A stretch of DNA of 64,000 bases from Octopus vulgaris (lineage: Eukaryota): positions 66,402,001 through 66,466,000 of the forward strand of contig OX597819.1 in assembly GCA_951406725.2 (NCBI GenBank), read 5' to 3'. Positions 28,898 to 40,421 of this stretch are shown one piece after another. The position numbers and the translations under genes are program-made. The notes below the pieces were generated by a model, which saw nothing but the letters and a program-made list of their open reading frames with translations, did no database searches and had not been told where the DNA came from. Each line of letters begins with the position of its first letter. Within the stretch, counting starts at the first letter, position 1.

Positions 28898-28929
28898 ATT
28901 TTGTTGAATTTTCTGCTGCTTAAAATAAA

Positions 28930-28973
<44 letters not shown>

Positions 28974-29010
28974 TTATGTATATATATATTTATATATGTA
29001 TGTATGTACG

Positions 29011-29041
<31 letters not shown>

Positions 29042-29695
29042 GACCGTGTGTATATGTGTATATAAGTTGCGTATTCTCTCATCTGTTAGATTGTTATATC
29101 TAAAATATTCTTTTCGCAGTTATAAAATTCCGATGATAAAGGAGATTTCAAACGGATTAAATATTCTCGAATAATGTAGCTGTGAATGCATAATTATAAT
29201 TTAATGCATAGGGATAGCATTTTAAAAAGAACAGTCGATCAATATACGAGTCATCGGTATGTTTTATCAAAAGATATGGAAAAGAATTACTACATTTTGT
29301 TTAAAATCCAGCTCATTTTAAAAAAATTACCACAGAGGAAATCCAGAGTTGAATTACGATAAATTTGTGTTATTATACCTACACATGCCTAATAAATGAT
29401 AATGTACCAGCTCAATCTTTCTCGGCGGTTTCGTTGACGGTTTAGCTATTTATGTTCTCATCTATGTATGCTTCTACCTGTCTCTCTTCATCTGTCTGTT
29501 TGCCAGTCTACATTCCGGTGTACAGGGCAGTCCACGTTGACTTGGCTATAAAGAGTACCTTTTGGCAGTAATAGCGCTTTCGTCTCTAATAATAATAATA
29601 ATAATTATTATTATATATACATGCACGTATTGAACTCAGAACCTCGGGATCGCAACCCTGATGCTCTACCACTAAAACATGCACCTACATGTACA

Positions 29696-30263
29696 TAGAG
29701 GTTGGCCCAAAAGTAGGTCGACAGTTATCAAGTAGGCACTTGAAATTTCTTTTAAAGCATTTTATTACATTAAAATTTCTACATTATTTACATTCGACGG
29801 ATATTTGTCCTCATCTTCTTTCTTATTAACACAAAGTTTCGGCTGATATATCCTCTAGCATTCTTCAGATGTTTTGGGAAAACTTCAAACCTGGGTTCTC
29901 ATTCCTAGGATATTTTTCGATATATTCATTATTATTATCATTATTATTGTTGTTGTTTTTTAGGTCATTGCTTGTAATCGAGCTGCGACTCATAGGGTTA
30001 GTAGCCCGCGCTCTTAACCACTACGCCATATGTCCGTGGGCATATCTGTCGAATGTAAACAATGTACATAATTCCTCATCTCTTAAATATAGGACTGTAT
30101 TTAAATTTCTATCTTACAAACTGAAAAAGGGATCTTGACAAAATTAACTAAATTAGCATAGAATAATGATTTTATATTTTTATGTAATTAAGATCTAAAC
30201 TGCTAATATGTCAATGCGAAAGAGATAGTTAAATAACTGTAAACCTACTTTTGGGCCACCCTG
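29696..30263. mobile_element. Tc1/mariner MITE interrupted by HHR-SINE
   Basis: TIRs ggttggcccaaaagtaggtcgacagttat / ataactgtaaacctacttttgggccaccctg, followed by TA. Confidence 0.7.
29775..30100 (-). mobile_element. tRNA-headed HHR SINE, copy 2, with inverted tail duplication
   Basis: Head 29960-30040 (tggcgtagtggttaagagcgcgggctactaacc); HHR 29829-29872; tail copy on plus at 30042-30098. Confidence 0.75.
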
Positions 30264-30294
30264 TATAAAGAAAAGTTTCTTGTAAAAGTTTCCA

Positions 30295-30515
30295 TGTGAT
30301 GAGTTGTAGTAAAAAATATATACAAGACAGAAAAGACAGAAATTTGGTGTTGAAAAAATATATTTATCAAACAAAACATTTACATAGTCGATTGGTTTAC
30401 AGTTTCGCTTATGCTATTCATTGGCCAAACAAGAAAACCACTTGACTATTTAAGTATTTTATTTTATGGTTATATTTTTACAACACCAAATTTCTGTGCA
30501 TTTACCTTCTTGATG
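30295..30515 (-). mobile_element. HHR-bearing repeat, copy 2 (core mutated to CCAAUGA)
   Basis: Colinear with 27530-27750. Confidence 0.6.
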
Positions 30516-30688
30516 TGTGTATATATATATATATATATATAAATATTCTCACCTTCCCCAGTGTCAAACTAATACACCTACTTGCTGTTTATACACCTGT
30601 CTTTGCCTTTCGTTTTTCAATAAATTTCAACATATATACATATGTGTGTGTGTGTGGGGGGGCGCATGCGTGAGCGTGGATGTATAAA

Positions 30689-31337
30689 AATGGCTGTATG
30701 ATAAGAATTTTGGTTTCGAACTACATAGTTCTATGTTTATTTCCACTGCGTGGCACCTTGGATAATTGTCTTCTATAGCCTCGGGCCGACTAGTGCCTTA
30801 TGTGTGTATTCGGTAGACGGAACCGGAAAGAACTAGTCTCGCATATACAGTAATCCCTTGCCTTATCGTGGTTCACGTAACGCGCCCTCAGTACATCGCG
30901 GATTTTCTGGCTAGCATATGTAAATTTATGTTGCGGACTCCTCAGTATATCGCGGGTTTCTGCAGCCGATAGGTATTTATATTTTTTTAGATTTTAATTA
31001 TTTCTTTGGTAGAATAATCATTTCAGACCTAAAACTTAATAAAGTAATAAATAAAAATAGAGTACAGTTCTGCACTGTACAACACATTAATTACAATATA
31101 TTAAAGGAAAATACGTAGTGTACCGTAGGTGAGTAAACAAAGAATCGCACATATTGTATGGAAAACGAAACGCGGGAGGCGAGTGTGTGGCATTGTTTTG
31201 CATTTGTAATAAAATAAATTTATACACATTATAGAAATTAATAAATATAATACAGTATAGTATTGTTTCTACTACACGGATTTTCAACCTACCGCGGGAG
31301 GTCTTGGAACGTAACACCCGCGATAGTCGAGGGATTA

Positions 31338-31385
<48 letters not shown>

Positions 31386-31618
31386 GTGTATGTGTGTGTA
31401 TGTGTATATATGCGTACGTGTCTATGTTTACTCCTGCCTCCCTTTTACAACAGGCGTTGGTGTATTTACCTTCCTATAATTTAGCGTTTCGGGGAAAGAG
31501 TACGATAGAATTCGTGAAGGCGTTAAAATAGAATAAGTACTGAGATCGTTTCTTCCGATTAAAATTATTCAAGTCGGTACCCCGGCATGGCGTCAGCGTA
31601 AAGCCTGAAACATATAAA
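30689..31618 (+). mobile_element. SINE family 2 split by a Tigger-like MITE
   Basis: Head/core 30689-30847; microsatellite and tail resume 31341-31618. Confidence 0.65.
30848..31340. mobile_element. pogo/Tigger-like MITE
   Basis: TIRs cagtaatcccttgccttatcg / cgatagtcgagggattactg; TA on both sides. Confidence 0.8.
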
Positions 31619-31620
31619 TA

Positions 31621-31776
31621 TGGAGTGGCTGTGTGGTAAGAAGCTTGCTTTCCAACCACAGGGTTCCGGGTTCAGTCCTACGCGTGGCACCTTGGGCAAG
31701 TGTCTTCTGCTATAGCCACGGGCCGACCAAAGCCTTGTGAGTGGATTTGGTAGACGGAAACTGAATGAAGCGTGTC

Positions 31777-31820
<44 letters not shown>
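31621..31820 (+). mobile_element. SINE family 2, 5' half
   Basis: ggagtggctgtgtggtaag...gacggaaactg, then (TA)n. Confidence 0.8.
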
Positions 31821-31824
<4 letters not shown>

Positions 31825-31964
31825 TTATTTACATATATATATAATTAAGATTCATTTGAATTAGGGGCTTCAATTGAGTCACCTTTCCAGTTCGATATAG
31901 TCTGCACAGCTCCAAGTTACGCGAACAGTATGTAAATAAGTAACAAGGAAGTCCAGGTATCAAT

Positions 31965-32048
31965 GCTTTACGGCCGTTTCGAGCGGCTCGATTTAAGCGA
32001 TCAATGAAAACATTGCATCAGTTTCAAAATAACCGCTCTCATCCGACA
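31965..32048 (-). ncRNA. Hammerhead motif with long stem II (core U>G mutated)
   Basis: CGGAUGA-GAGCGG...CCGCUC-GAAAC-GGCC-GUA; palindromic stem III ACGGCCGU. Confidence 0.6.
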
Positions 32049-32352
32049 CAGATGAACATACCGATTTCCAACATATAGGATAAACCATTTTTAACAAAAT
32101 TACATCAACACCAGAAACCAAAATAATTATATTGTTTCTTTATGTTATATTTTTGGCAGAATGGGTTTAGAAAATAATGCGTATCTTATTAATTAAGCTT
32201 TCTATAATTTAGCGAGTAACAGAGGGAAAGAGTGGGGGTTACTTATTTACATGTTTAATATATATATATATAAATTTCCCTTATGGGTCTAGATTCTTAT
32301 TATAAGTTGTTCGTATATATAACAGCATAAGTGTAATATGTACTATGTCTAA

Positions 32353-32740
32353 GGCAGCGAGCTGGCAGAAACTTTAGCACGCCGGGCGAAATGCCTAGCG
32401 ATATTTCGTCTGCCGCTACGTTCTGAGTTCAAATTCCGCTGAGGCCGACTTTGATTTTCGGGGTCGATTAAATAAGTACCAGTTACGCACTGGGGTCGAT
32501 ATAATCGACTTAATCCGTTTGTCTGTCCTTGTTTGTCCTCTCTGTGTTTAGCTCCTTGTGGGTAGTAAAGAAATAGGTATTTCGTATGTCTTTACTTTCT
32601 GAGTTCAAATTCCGCCGATTTTGCCATTTCATCCTTTCGGGGGTAGGTAAATTATGTACTAGTTGCGTTCTGGTGTCGGTCTAATCGACTGCCTCCCCAC
32701 CCCCACAATTTCAGGCCTTGTGCCTAGAGTAGAAAAGAAT
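32353..32740 (+). mobile_element. SINE family 1 dimer (two tail types)
   Basis: Junction aagaaata|ggtatttcg at ~32570. Confidence 0.8.
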
Positions 32741-33560
32741 ATGTATTATATCTGCAAAATATTGTATATATGTTGTATGTCATTTATGTATAAACTATTA
32801 TATATTATATGTGCGGTAATAAATATTAGCAGAGACTCCCATCATTTTCGCGCTGCAGAATGTTTTGAATTATTTTTTTACTAAACTTAAATTACTTTAC
32901 TTATAGTAAGATTTTATGAAGTGTGTTTTGTACGTAATTGTATTTGCATATAATGTTTTTAAAGATTGTAACATTGATACATGTCTAAAGCTGAAATTTC
33001 TAGCTTCCTATGATGTATGAATCTTTTAATATGTGTTTATTGATAATTTTAATGGTTTGACTTAAGAAAATTCTCTCTTGATGCTTTACTTTATGGTATA
33101 TTTTCTTGTAATGTAATTCTGAAATGAGATGTAACACATCGAACAGAAAGAAGTCTTACTGAAATTTTGTTTTATACAGAAAGTTATTCAACTAATATGG
33201 ACATTTTCTTCTTCTGAGGTTTACTATTTTAGTGAGAAGATATGTGCGTGTTACACCTGCCACATGATCACAAAACAGAGTAAACAGTTCAAATCTTGAC
33301 AATTTCAAGCACTAAAGCTTTTTGATGTTCTTTAATAAAAGGAAGACAATGACTCTAGAATATTAAGATGCTGCAATTAAAATGGCATATCTGATAGGAA
33401 GATATTAACGAAAACGGGGTGACAGCGATAAGTAGTGATGCGTATAAATACAAACTTGTTACCTGTTCAAATATTCTTTGGGCATATTCGAACCCGTTAG
33501 AAGGCCTTATGTAAATACATCGAGTCAAACTCACAGCGCTCCTAACTAGACTTTAGGATT

Positions 33561-34083
33561 CATGTATTTTGGAGAGGTTGTCTCCTCTGTAGGCACAGAG
33601 ACTGGAAAGGCAGACATGCATTTCGGGAGGTTATCTCCTCTATAGGCAGAAAGACCGGAAAGGCAGACATGCATTTTCGGGGAGGTTACCTCCTCTGTAG
33701 GCAGACATGCATTTCGGAAGGTTATCACCTCTTTAGCCACAGAGACTAGAGCGGTAGACTTGCATTTCGGGAAGGTTATCTCCTTTGTTGGTTCAAAGAC
33801 CAGAAAGGCAGACATACATTTCGGGGAGGTTATCTCCTCGTTAAGCACAGAGACCGGAATGGCAGACATGTAGTTCGGGGACGTTATCTGCTCTTTAATC
33901 TCAGAGACCGAAAAGACTGACATGCATTTCGGGGAGGTTATTTCCTCTTTAAGCTCAGAGACTGGAAAGACTCCCATACATTACGGGGAGGTTATCTCCT
34001 CTTTAGCCACAGGGACTGGAAAGGCAGACATGCATTTTGGGGAGGTTGTCTCTTCTTTAGGCACAGAAACCGAAAAGGCAACA
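33561..34083. repeat. 54-bp minisatellite, about 10 units
   Basis: Unit approx catgcatttcggggaggttatctcctctttaagcacagagaccggaaaggcaga; one shortened unit near 33670-33710. Confidence 0.9.
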
Positions 34084-35097
34084 CTGTGGACTGTCAAGAG
34101 AGACAGGTCCTACTTATAACTGTCTGGTCGGCGTTCAATAACTGGTTGCGCTGTTCAGCAGCACGCCGCAATTTAAATATGATGCAACAGCGCTAAACAG
34201 TAATGTGTGCATGCATCCTGCAATCTGTGTATTTTCACCCATTTGTCTACCGCGAGAAATTTTCCCATTAACAAATTACAGTGAATGGCTTTCTTACGTG
34301 TTCGAATATGTCTCAGTAAAATTTGAACTGGTAACAGGTTCGTATTAATGAATGATATTAAAGCATATTCTTAATTTTGTTCGGTTACAGAGTTTTGCGA
34401 AGCCAAATTTCTAACAACACAATAGATGTTCCTACAATTAGTTGCAGATTTTCAGAAAGAGTAGAAGGGTGAGGAGAAATGGGTAATCCTGTATCACTAA
34501 AATCAATTAAAGTGACTTGTACAATCTGAATTCAGCTAGAAGATATTGCAAGACGGTAACATAAATATTCTGCACAATGTTACCCAAGGTAGCACTGATG
34601 TTTGGAATAGTATTTTGTGATATATAATAAACCATAACTGTAATTCTAAACGCTAACGTTAATCCTAATTCTTAAGTAGTTGCTTCTAATACTAACCCTA
34701 ATCATTAAACTTAATTTTAATTGTACCAAATCCCTACTCTAACCAAATCCTATTCTTAATTATTGATGCTTTTCATTTTGTTTTCTTGGTGAGGAGTGGG
34801 AAGTTATACTTATATATAAAAATACCATTTACTGTTGCATGGGATGTAGAAAATGTATAGAGTATATATAGAAATGCCATTGATTTTTGCATGGGATGTA
34901 GCGAATAGATTTATCTGATTTGTTAATATTTTAACAAAATTTGATCTTTGAATGTTCGTAACTTTCTACTTAATTTCTACAAGAAATTCTGGCGATTGCC
35001 GTCAACAGTATGACAATGTGCGCCTATGGAAAAACCCTTCCATAAAAATCGGAAGTTTGTATTTCAAACTGAAAAGTTTCTCAATGAAAAGGAAAGG

Positions 35098-35151
<54 letters not shown>

Positions 35152-35154
<3 letters not shown>

Positions 35155-35378
35155 ATGTTTGAATTTTGCTTTAGATTTCTACAAGTTGGCTCCAAGTCTC
35201 ACCCAGAGACCTCAAGAGGCAACAGGTTGGAAGTTCATGCTGTTGTTATGCCTAGTGTACCACATATTTGGTTTTGTATTTAGTTTTGTACTAGTGAATG
35301 TCTAAAAAAGAACATACGAAAATTATGTTTGTTTTAAAACTTGAAATTACATAGAAAGTATTTTGCGTAGGATATGAG
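35152..35378 (-). mobile_element. 5'-truncated R4/Dong-like retrotransposon inside (TAA)n
   Basis: Minus strand begins HILRKILSM* (compare HTLMKVLSV at ~46050), then 3' UTR; (ATT)n on both sides. Confidence 0.7.
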
Positions 35379-35382
35379 ATTA

Positions 35383-35418
<36 letters not shown>

Positions 35419-35784
35419 GTAGTAGTAGTAGTAGTATCATTATTATTATTCTTTCCTCCCTTATACGATAATTTGTGTCGATCTAACAACTAAATTCCAT
35501 ATAACAGATACAAATGTTTCAATGACTACATTCAAAATCCTTCACTCATATGATGATGTTTGGGTGTAATGCAGTGACAGATGTGGCTCTAAGACCAGAC
35601 TACGTGTACCGAACACTGCCGCGTATTCTGAACATACACATATACATCGTACGGTTGCTACTAAAAAGAAACGGCAAGTAATGGAAAATTTTCATAACGC
35701 ACTTGAATATTAATATCAAATATCTATATCTAATATCTGTCAGGCAGAGTTTTACCATAATTTTCAGTTCTGCAAAAGCTTAAC

Positions 35785-35845
<61 letters not shown>

Positions 35846-36909
35846 GTTATTGTTATTATTATTGTTATTGTTACAGTGAAAGTATGAAAAAATTCTTTCT
35901 GCGACTTCTGATTAATCGAGATATTAATTCTGAGTTTGGGAATAGAATAAAGATAAATATTGCGATTTTTGTTTGTGTGAACACGTGGCTTCTATGGAAG
36001 AGAAAAAAAAGAACAACAATAACAACAACAATAATGGAAAGCAGCGATTGTGATACGAGATAACAACAAATGAATAAATGAATAACTATGAAAGTATGAA
36101 AAAAAAAAAATAAAAGTAGAAAATAACAAATTACCTTATCTTACTTGTTGGTTGTATTAAAACTTATCTTGTTCAAAACCTTGTAAACGCTTCAGAATAA
36201 TTTATTTCGACATCCAAATATATTTTAGTTAATAAAAAAATTTGAAAGACGTGTTTGCCGGTGGATAAAGATTATAGCTTGAAGACATCCTGAAAATAAT
36301 AATAATATTCATATTCCTACATACATATTACAATCATATTCCTATGTGGCAGCTGAATCAATTTAATTAGAACGATGTCATTTGACATATTTGGAAGAAA
36401 CTATTTGCGGAGCACATGTAGTGGACAACGTGACTCGCCTGGTAGAAACACCATTGCTGGGCACTTTGCGTCTACAGTACTATGTTCTATGACAATCATT
36501 CGAAACAAATATCAGGCTTGAGAATGAATCCCTGCATTGAATGAATCCCCATTTTAGGAGATCCTGCAATAGATCATAAACAATGCATTTCGAACTTACT
36601 AAAAGATTATAACCTCGTACGTGTGATCTCGCTTTCTAAATATTTGAACGTGTTTACTGTCCTCTTCATTCGTTCGTTACTATTAACACATCATAATAGC
36701 TTGTCACCGCAAAAGGTCAAGATAAAGGTAATATGCCCGTTGAGAGCAGACTTCCTAGTGGTTGATAAGCCTCTAATGAGGAAGAAATGAGCCCCACGAT
36801 ATGAAAGAAAAACCTGCTCTGATTTCGCCGCTTTTACTTGCTTCAGTCATTTGGCTGCGGCGATGCTGGAGCACCACCTTTAGTCGAGCAAATCGACTTC
36901 AAGCTTTAT

Positions 36910-37655
36910 GGCTCTCATCATATAATTTTTCGTCATCAATACCATCTCTGCACACATCACGTTAGGTGGAAACAATGTGGGGAATGTCATGACGCCTGTC
37001 TTTTCACAATCAAGTGTATGTCACCAGAGATATTCCAGGTAACTTGTTACAAGAGATTTCTGATAAAGTGTCCTTGGACATTTTTTTGTATCCTTCTTCT
37101 TCAAACAAGGACTATATACACTGCAGCTGTGCAGTTGGGGTTTAGCTAACATATGTTAGGGAAATATTTCTGGATTAACTGCGGAAATTGGTTTGAAGAT
37201 CAAAAGCAAGATCTGCTGGCAACTATGCTATAGATTGTTTTATGTTGTTGCTGATAGACACACGGAATTGTACAGTTGCAAAGGAGGTACCATATAAAGA
37301 ATATTCAATGCGATACGAAGTAGGTCGTTGCCTTAATCCCGGACTTGCCAAATTTATCGTGTCATGGGAGTGGTTTAAATCCACTCATAAAAGCCATTGT
37401 CTTTCCGGCCCATGTAATGTATTGCAGCTATCAGATGCTGTCTTTCAGAGACAGGTATATAAACTAAGCGATGGTAGCTAACATTGACTTTCTGAATAAT
37501 AAACCGCTTGTGACACATACAGTCTCCAGGTGAAAGTATAATTAGGCATAGGTAGATTCTAGACACGTTCGTGAACAGATCTAAAATGAACAACTGCGTA
37601 CTGGATGTATCATTCTTCAGAAGTGTGGCTAAAGAATTCACTTTATACACATGCT
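36910..37655 (-). pseudogene. Possible decayed DIRS-type retrotransposon fragment
   Basis: Scattered minus-strand motifs AAIHYMGRKDN, LYMVPPLQL, TWNISGD in DIRS RNaseH/MT order; many stops and frameshifts. Confidence 0.3.
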
Positions 37656-37699
37656 ACAAATAAACATACACACACATGTATATATAATATACTTTTAAT

Positions 37700-37969
37700 T
37701 TTTTACTTGCTTCAGTCATTTGGCTGCGGTGATGCTGGAGCACCACCTTTAGTCGAGCAAATCGACTGCAAGCTTTATTCCTTGTAAGCCTATTATTTAT
37801 TCAGTCGGTCTAATTTGCCGAACCGTTAACTGACAGAGACGTAAACACACCAGCGTCGATTGTTAAGCGATGGTGAGGCGGGGTGGGTGGGGGACAAATA
37901 CGGACGCACAAATACATTTATCTATCTCTGTCTGTCTCTCCCTCTCTCTCTCTATATATATATACATAT

Positions 37970-38014
<45 letters not shown>
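37700..38014 (-). mobile_element. SINE family 2, 3' half
   Basis: cagtcatttggctgcgg...gccgaaccg...aaacacaccagc, then (TA)n. Confidence 0.7.
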
Positions 38015-38016
<2 letters not shown>

Positions 38017-38019
<3 letters not shown>

Positions 38020-39641
38020 TGGCGGCCAAAATGTTCAGAACGGCATTGTTTTCATCAGAAAAGTAGATATAATCTTTTATCAAATTTGTTTTATATTCTA
38101 TAATTTTCACAGACAATAAATACGATATTATTTGTTACTGCCTGAGATTTTGTTGTAATTTGAGAGGATAATACAAAAGTTATGGATGATTTAGTGATTT
38201 ACTGCAAAACCCATGGCGGCCAAAATGATCAGAACGGTTGCTTTTACTCCGTGTGTTAGTATATTTAACCGGCGAACTCTAATGTTTTGAATTTGTTTAC
38301 GTGACGGTTCGTTTACTAAACATTAGTAAGAATATTTGCAGTGTACTTTGTTAATATAATGCCACTTACTCCGTTACTAATTCGTCAGCAGATTATTAAG
38401 CTTCGATGGAAGGATAATTTAAGTATTGGATCTATTGCAAAGATTGTTAACAAGTCAAAAAGTGTTGTACACGGTATTCTTAAGGTATACGATGATTGTG
38501 GTTCGTGTGAAGCAAGACATTTTACAGGTAGGCCAAGAAAAACGACCAAGAGAGAAGATCGTGCTATGGTAAAGTTGGTTAAAAGGGACAGATTTAAAAC
38601 TGCTGTTTCTCGGAAAATGAGCATTGTATTGAAGAAAACTTTATCTCGAAAAACTGTGTCTCGTCGTTTAGTTGAACATGACCTACAAGCAAGAGCACCT
38701 GCAGTGAAACCACTGATCAGCTCCAAGAATAAAAAAAGTGTCGTCTTACCTTTGCAACCGAACATGTGTTGTGGTCTCAAGAAAAATGGCAAACGGTGCA
38801 TTTCAGTGATGAATCTAAGTTTATGTTATTTAGCTCAGATGGGAAAAGGTACGTTCGTAGAAAAGTAGGTGAAAAATTGTCGCTTAAATGCCTTAAGACT
38901 AGTGTTAAATTCGGTGGAGGAAGTGTCATGGTTTGGGGAATGATATCTGGAGATGGTGTGGGCCTTTTGGTGCGATTACATGGAAAGGTAAATGCAGGAG
39001 TTTATAAACAACTTGTAAAAGATCACGTCTTGCCTGTGCTGAGAAATTCAACTAAGCGACCACCCATATTCATGCAGGATAATGCCCCATGTCACAAGGC
39101 GAAGGTGGTCATGAACTTCCTCAAGGCTGAAAAGGTTATTGTTATGGATTGGCCAGCTCAAAGCCCAGATCTCAATCCTATTGAAAATGTATGGAATATT
39201 CTAGAAGAACGTTCGAAAGCCAGAAATCCTAAAACAACTGAGCAATTATGGAATGCCCTTCAGGAAGAATGGAATAAGATCACCCAGCAAGAAATTGAAA
39301 ATTTAATTTCCTCATGCAGTCGAAGATGTCAGAGTGTAATTGAAGCTAAAGGGCTTCACACTAAATATTAAATAATTCCAGTATTCTCTGTCATTTTTTA
39401 TTATTTTGTTATTTTTTCAACCGTTCTGATCATTTTGACTGCCATGGGTTTAGCAGTAGATCACTAAATCATCCATAACTTTTGTATTATCCTCTCAAAT
39501 TACACCAAAATCTCAGACAATAACAATTCATATTGTATTTACCGTCTGTGAAAATTATAGAATATAAAACTACTTTGATAAAGACGTATACTTACTTTTC
39601 TGCCGAAAACAATGCCGTTCTGAACATTTTGACCGCAACTG
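38017..39641 (+). mobile_element. Tc1-family DNA transposon, IR/DR type, 1625 bp
   Basis: ~225-bp TIRs beginning CAGT; inner and outer direct repeats ggcggccaaaatg(t/a)tcagaacgg; inserted in (TA)n. Confidence 0.95.
38359..39371 (+). pseudogene. Tc1 transposase (DD34E) with one frameshift
   Basis: HTH region with GRPRKTT; FSDESKF, QDNAPCH, WPAQSPDLNPIE (34 residues between D and E); frameshift at A-run 38731-38737. Confidence 0.92.
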
Positions 39642-39752
39642 TGTATATATATAATATATATATATAAACATATACATATAGTAAATACAAAAAAAAAGAA
39701 GAACGAGAAACACAAAAACAACAACAACTCTCGGGGAAGGAGAGAAAAGTGG

Positions 39753-39785
39753 TTTTATGTTTCGAGCAACGCTCTTCTTCAGAAA
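39753..39785 (-). ncRNA. Minimal hammerhead motif in repeat between (TA)n tracts
   Basis: UUU-CUGAAGA-A-GAGC-GUU-GCUC-GAAAC-AUA-AAA. Confidence 0.6.
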
Positions 39786-39872
39786 CAGCGAAAAGTTCAA
39801 TGGAAAGGAAGAGGGAGGAAGAAAATCACCAACGATCAACATGTGGTTACATTTTGAGTTACATATATATAT

Positions 39873-40003
<131 letters not shown>

Positions 40004-40055
40004 TATAGGAAATGTTTGAAACAAAAAAATATAAACGGTAACAAATAATCATAAA

Positions 40056-40421
40056 GGCGCAGGTGTGGCTGCGTTGTAAGAAGCTTGCTTACCAACCACA
40101 TTCTTTTGGTTTCAGTTCCCCTTCGTGGAACTTGGAGTAACTGCCTGCTACTATAGCCTCGGCCCGAATAAAGCCTTGTGAGTGAATCTGGTTGACGGAA
40201 ACGGAAAGAAGCTCGTCGTGTATTTATATGTATATGTTTGTGTGTCTGTGTTTCTTCCGCGAACATCCGCTGACAACAGCTGTTGGTGTATTTACGTCCT
40301 CGGCAAAGGATACCGTTAGAATAAGTACTAGGCTTGCAAATAATACGTCCTGGGGTCTATTTGCTCGACTATAGGCGGTGCTCTAGAATGGGCGCAGTCA
40401 CATGATTGAAACAAGTAAAAA
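40056..40421 (+). mobile_element. SINE family 2
   Basis: ggcgcaggtgtggctg...gaaacaagtaaaa. Confidence 0.8.

Noticed and set aside
33561-34083. CRISPR-like array
   Set aside because: Whole units are homologous with no unique spacers; eukaryotic context; no cas genes
34640-34760. Interstitial telomeric repeat
   Set aside because: Only isolated, degenerate CCCTAA-like words
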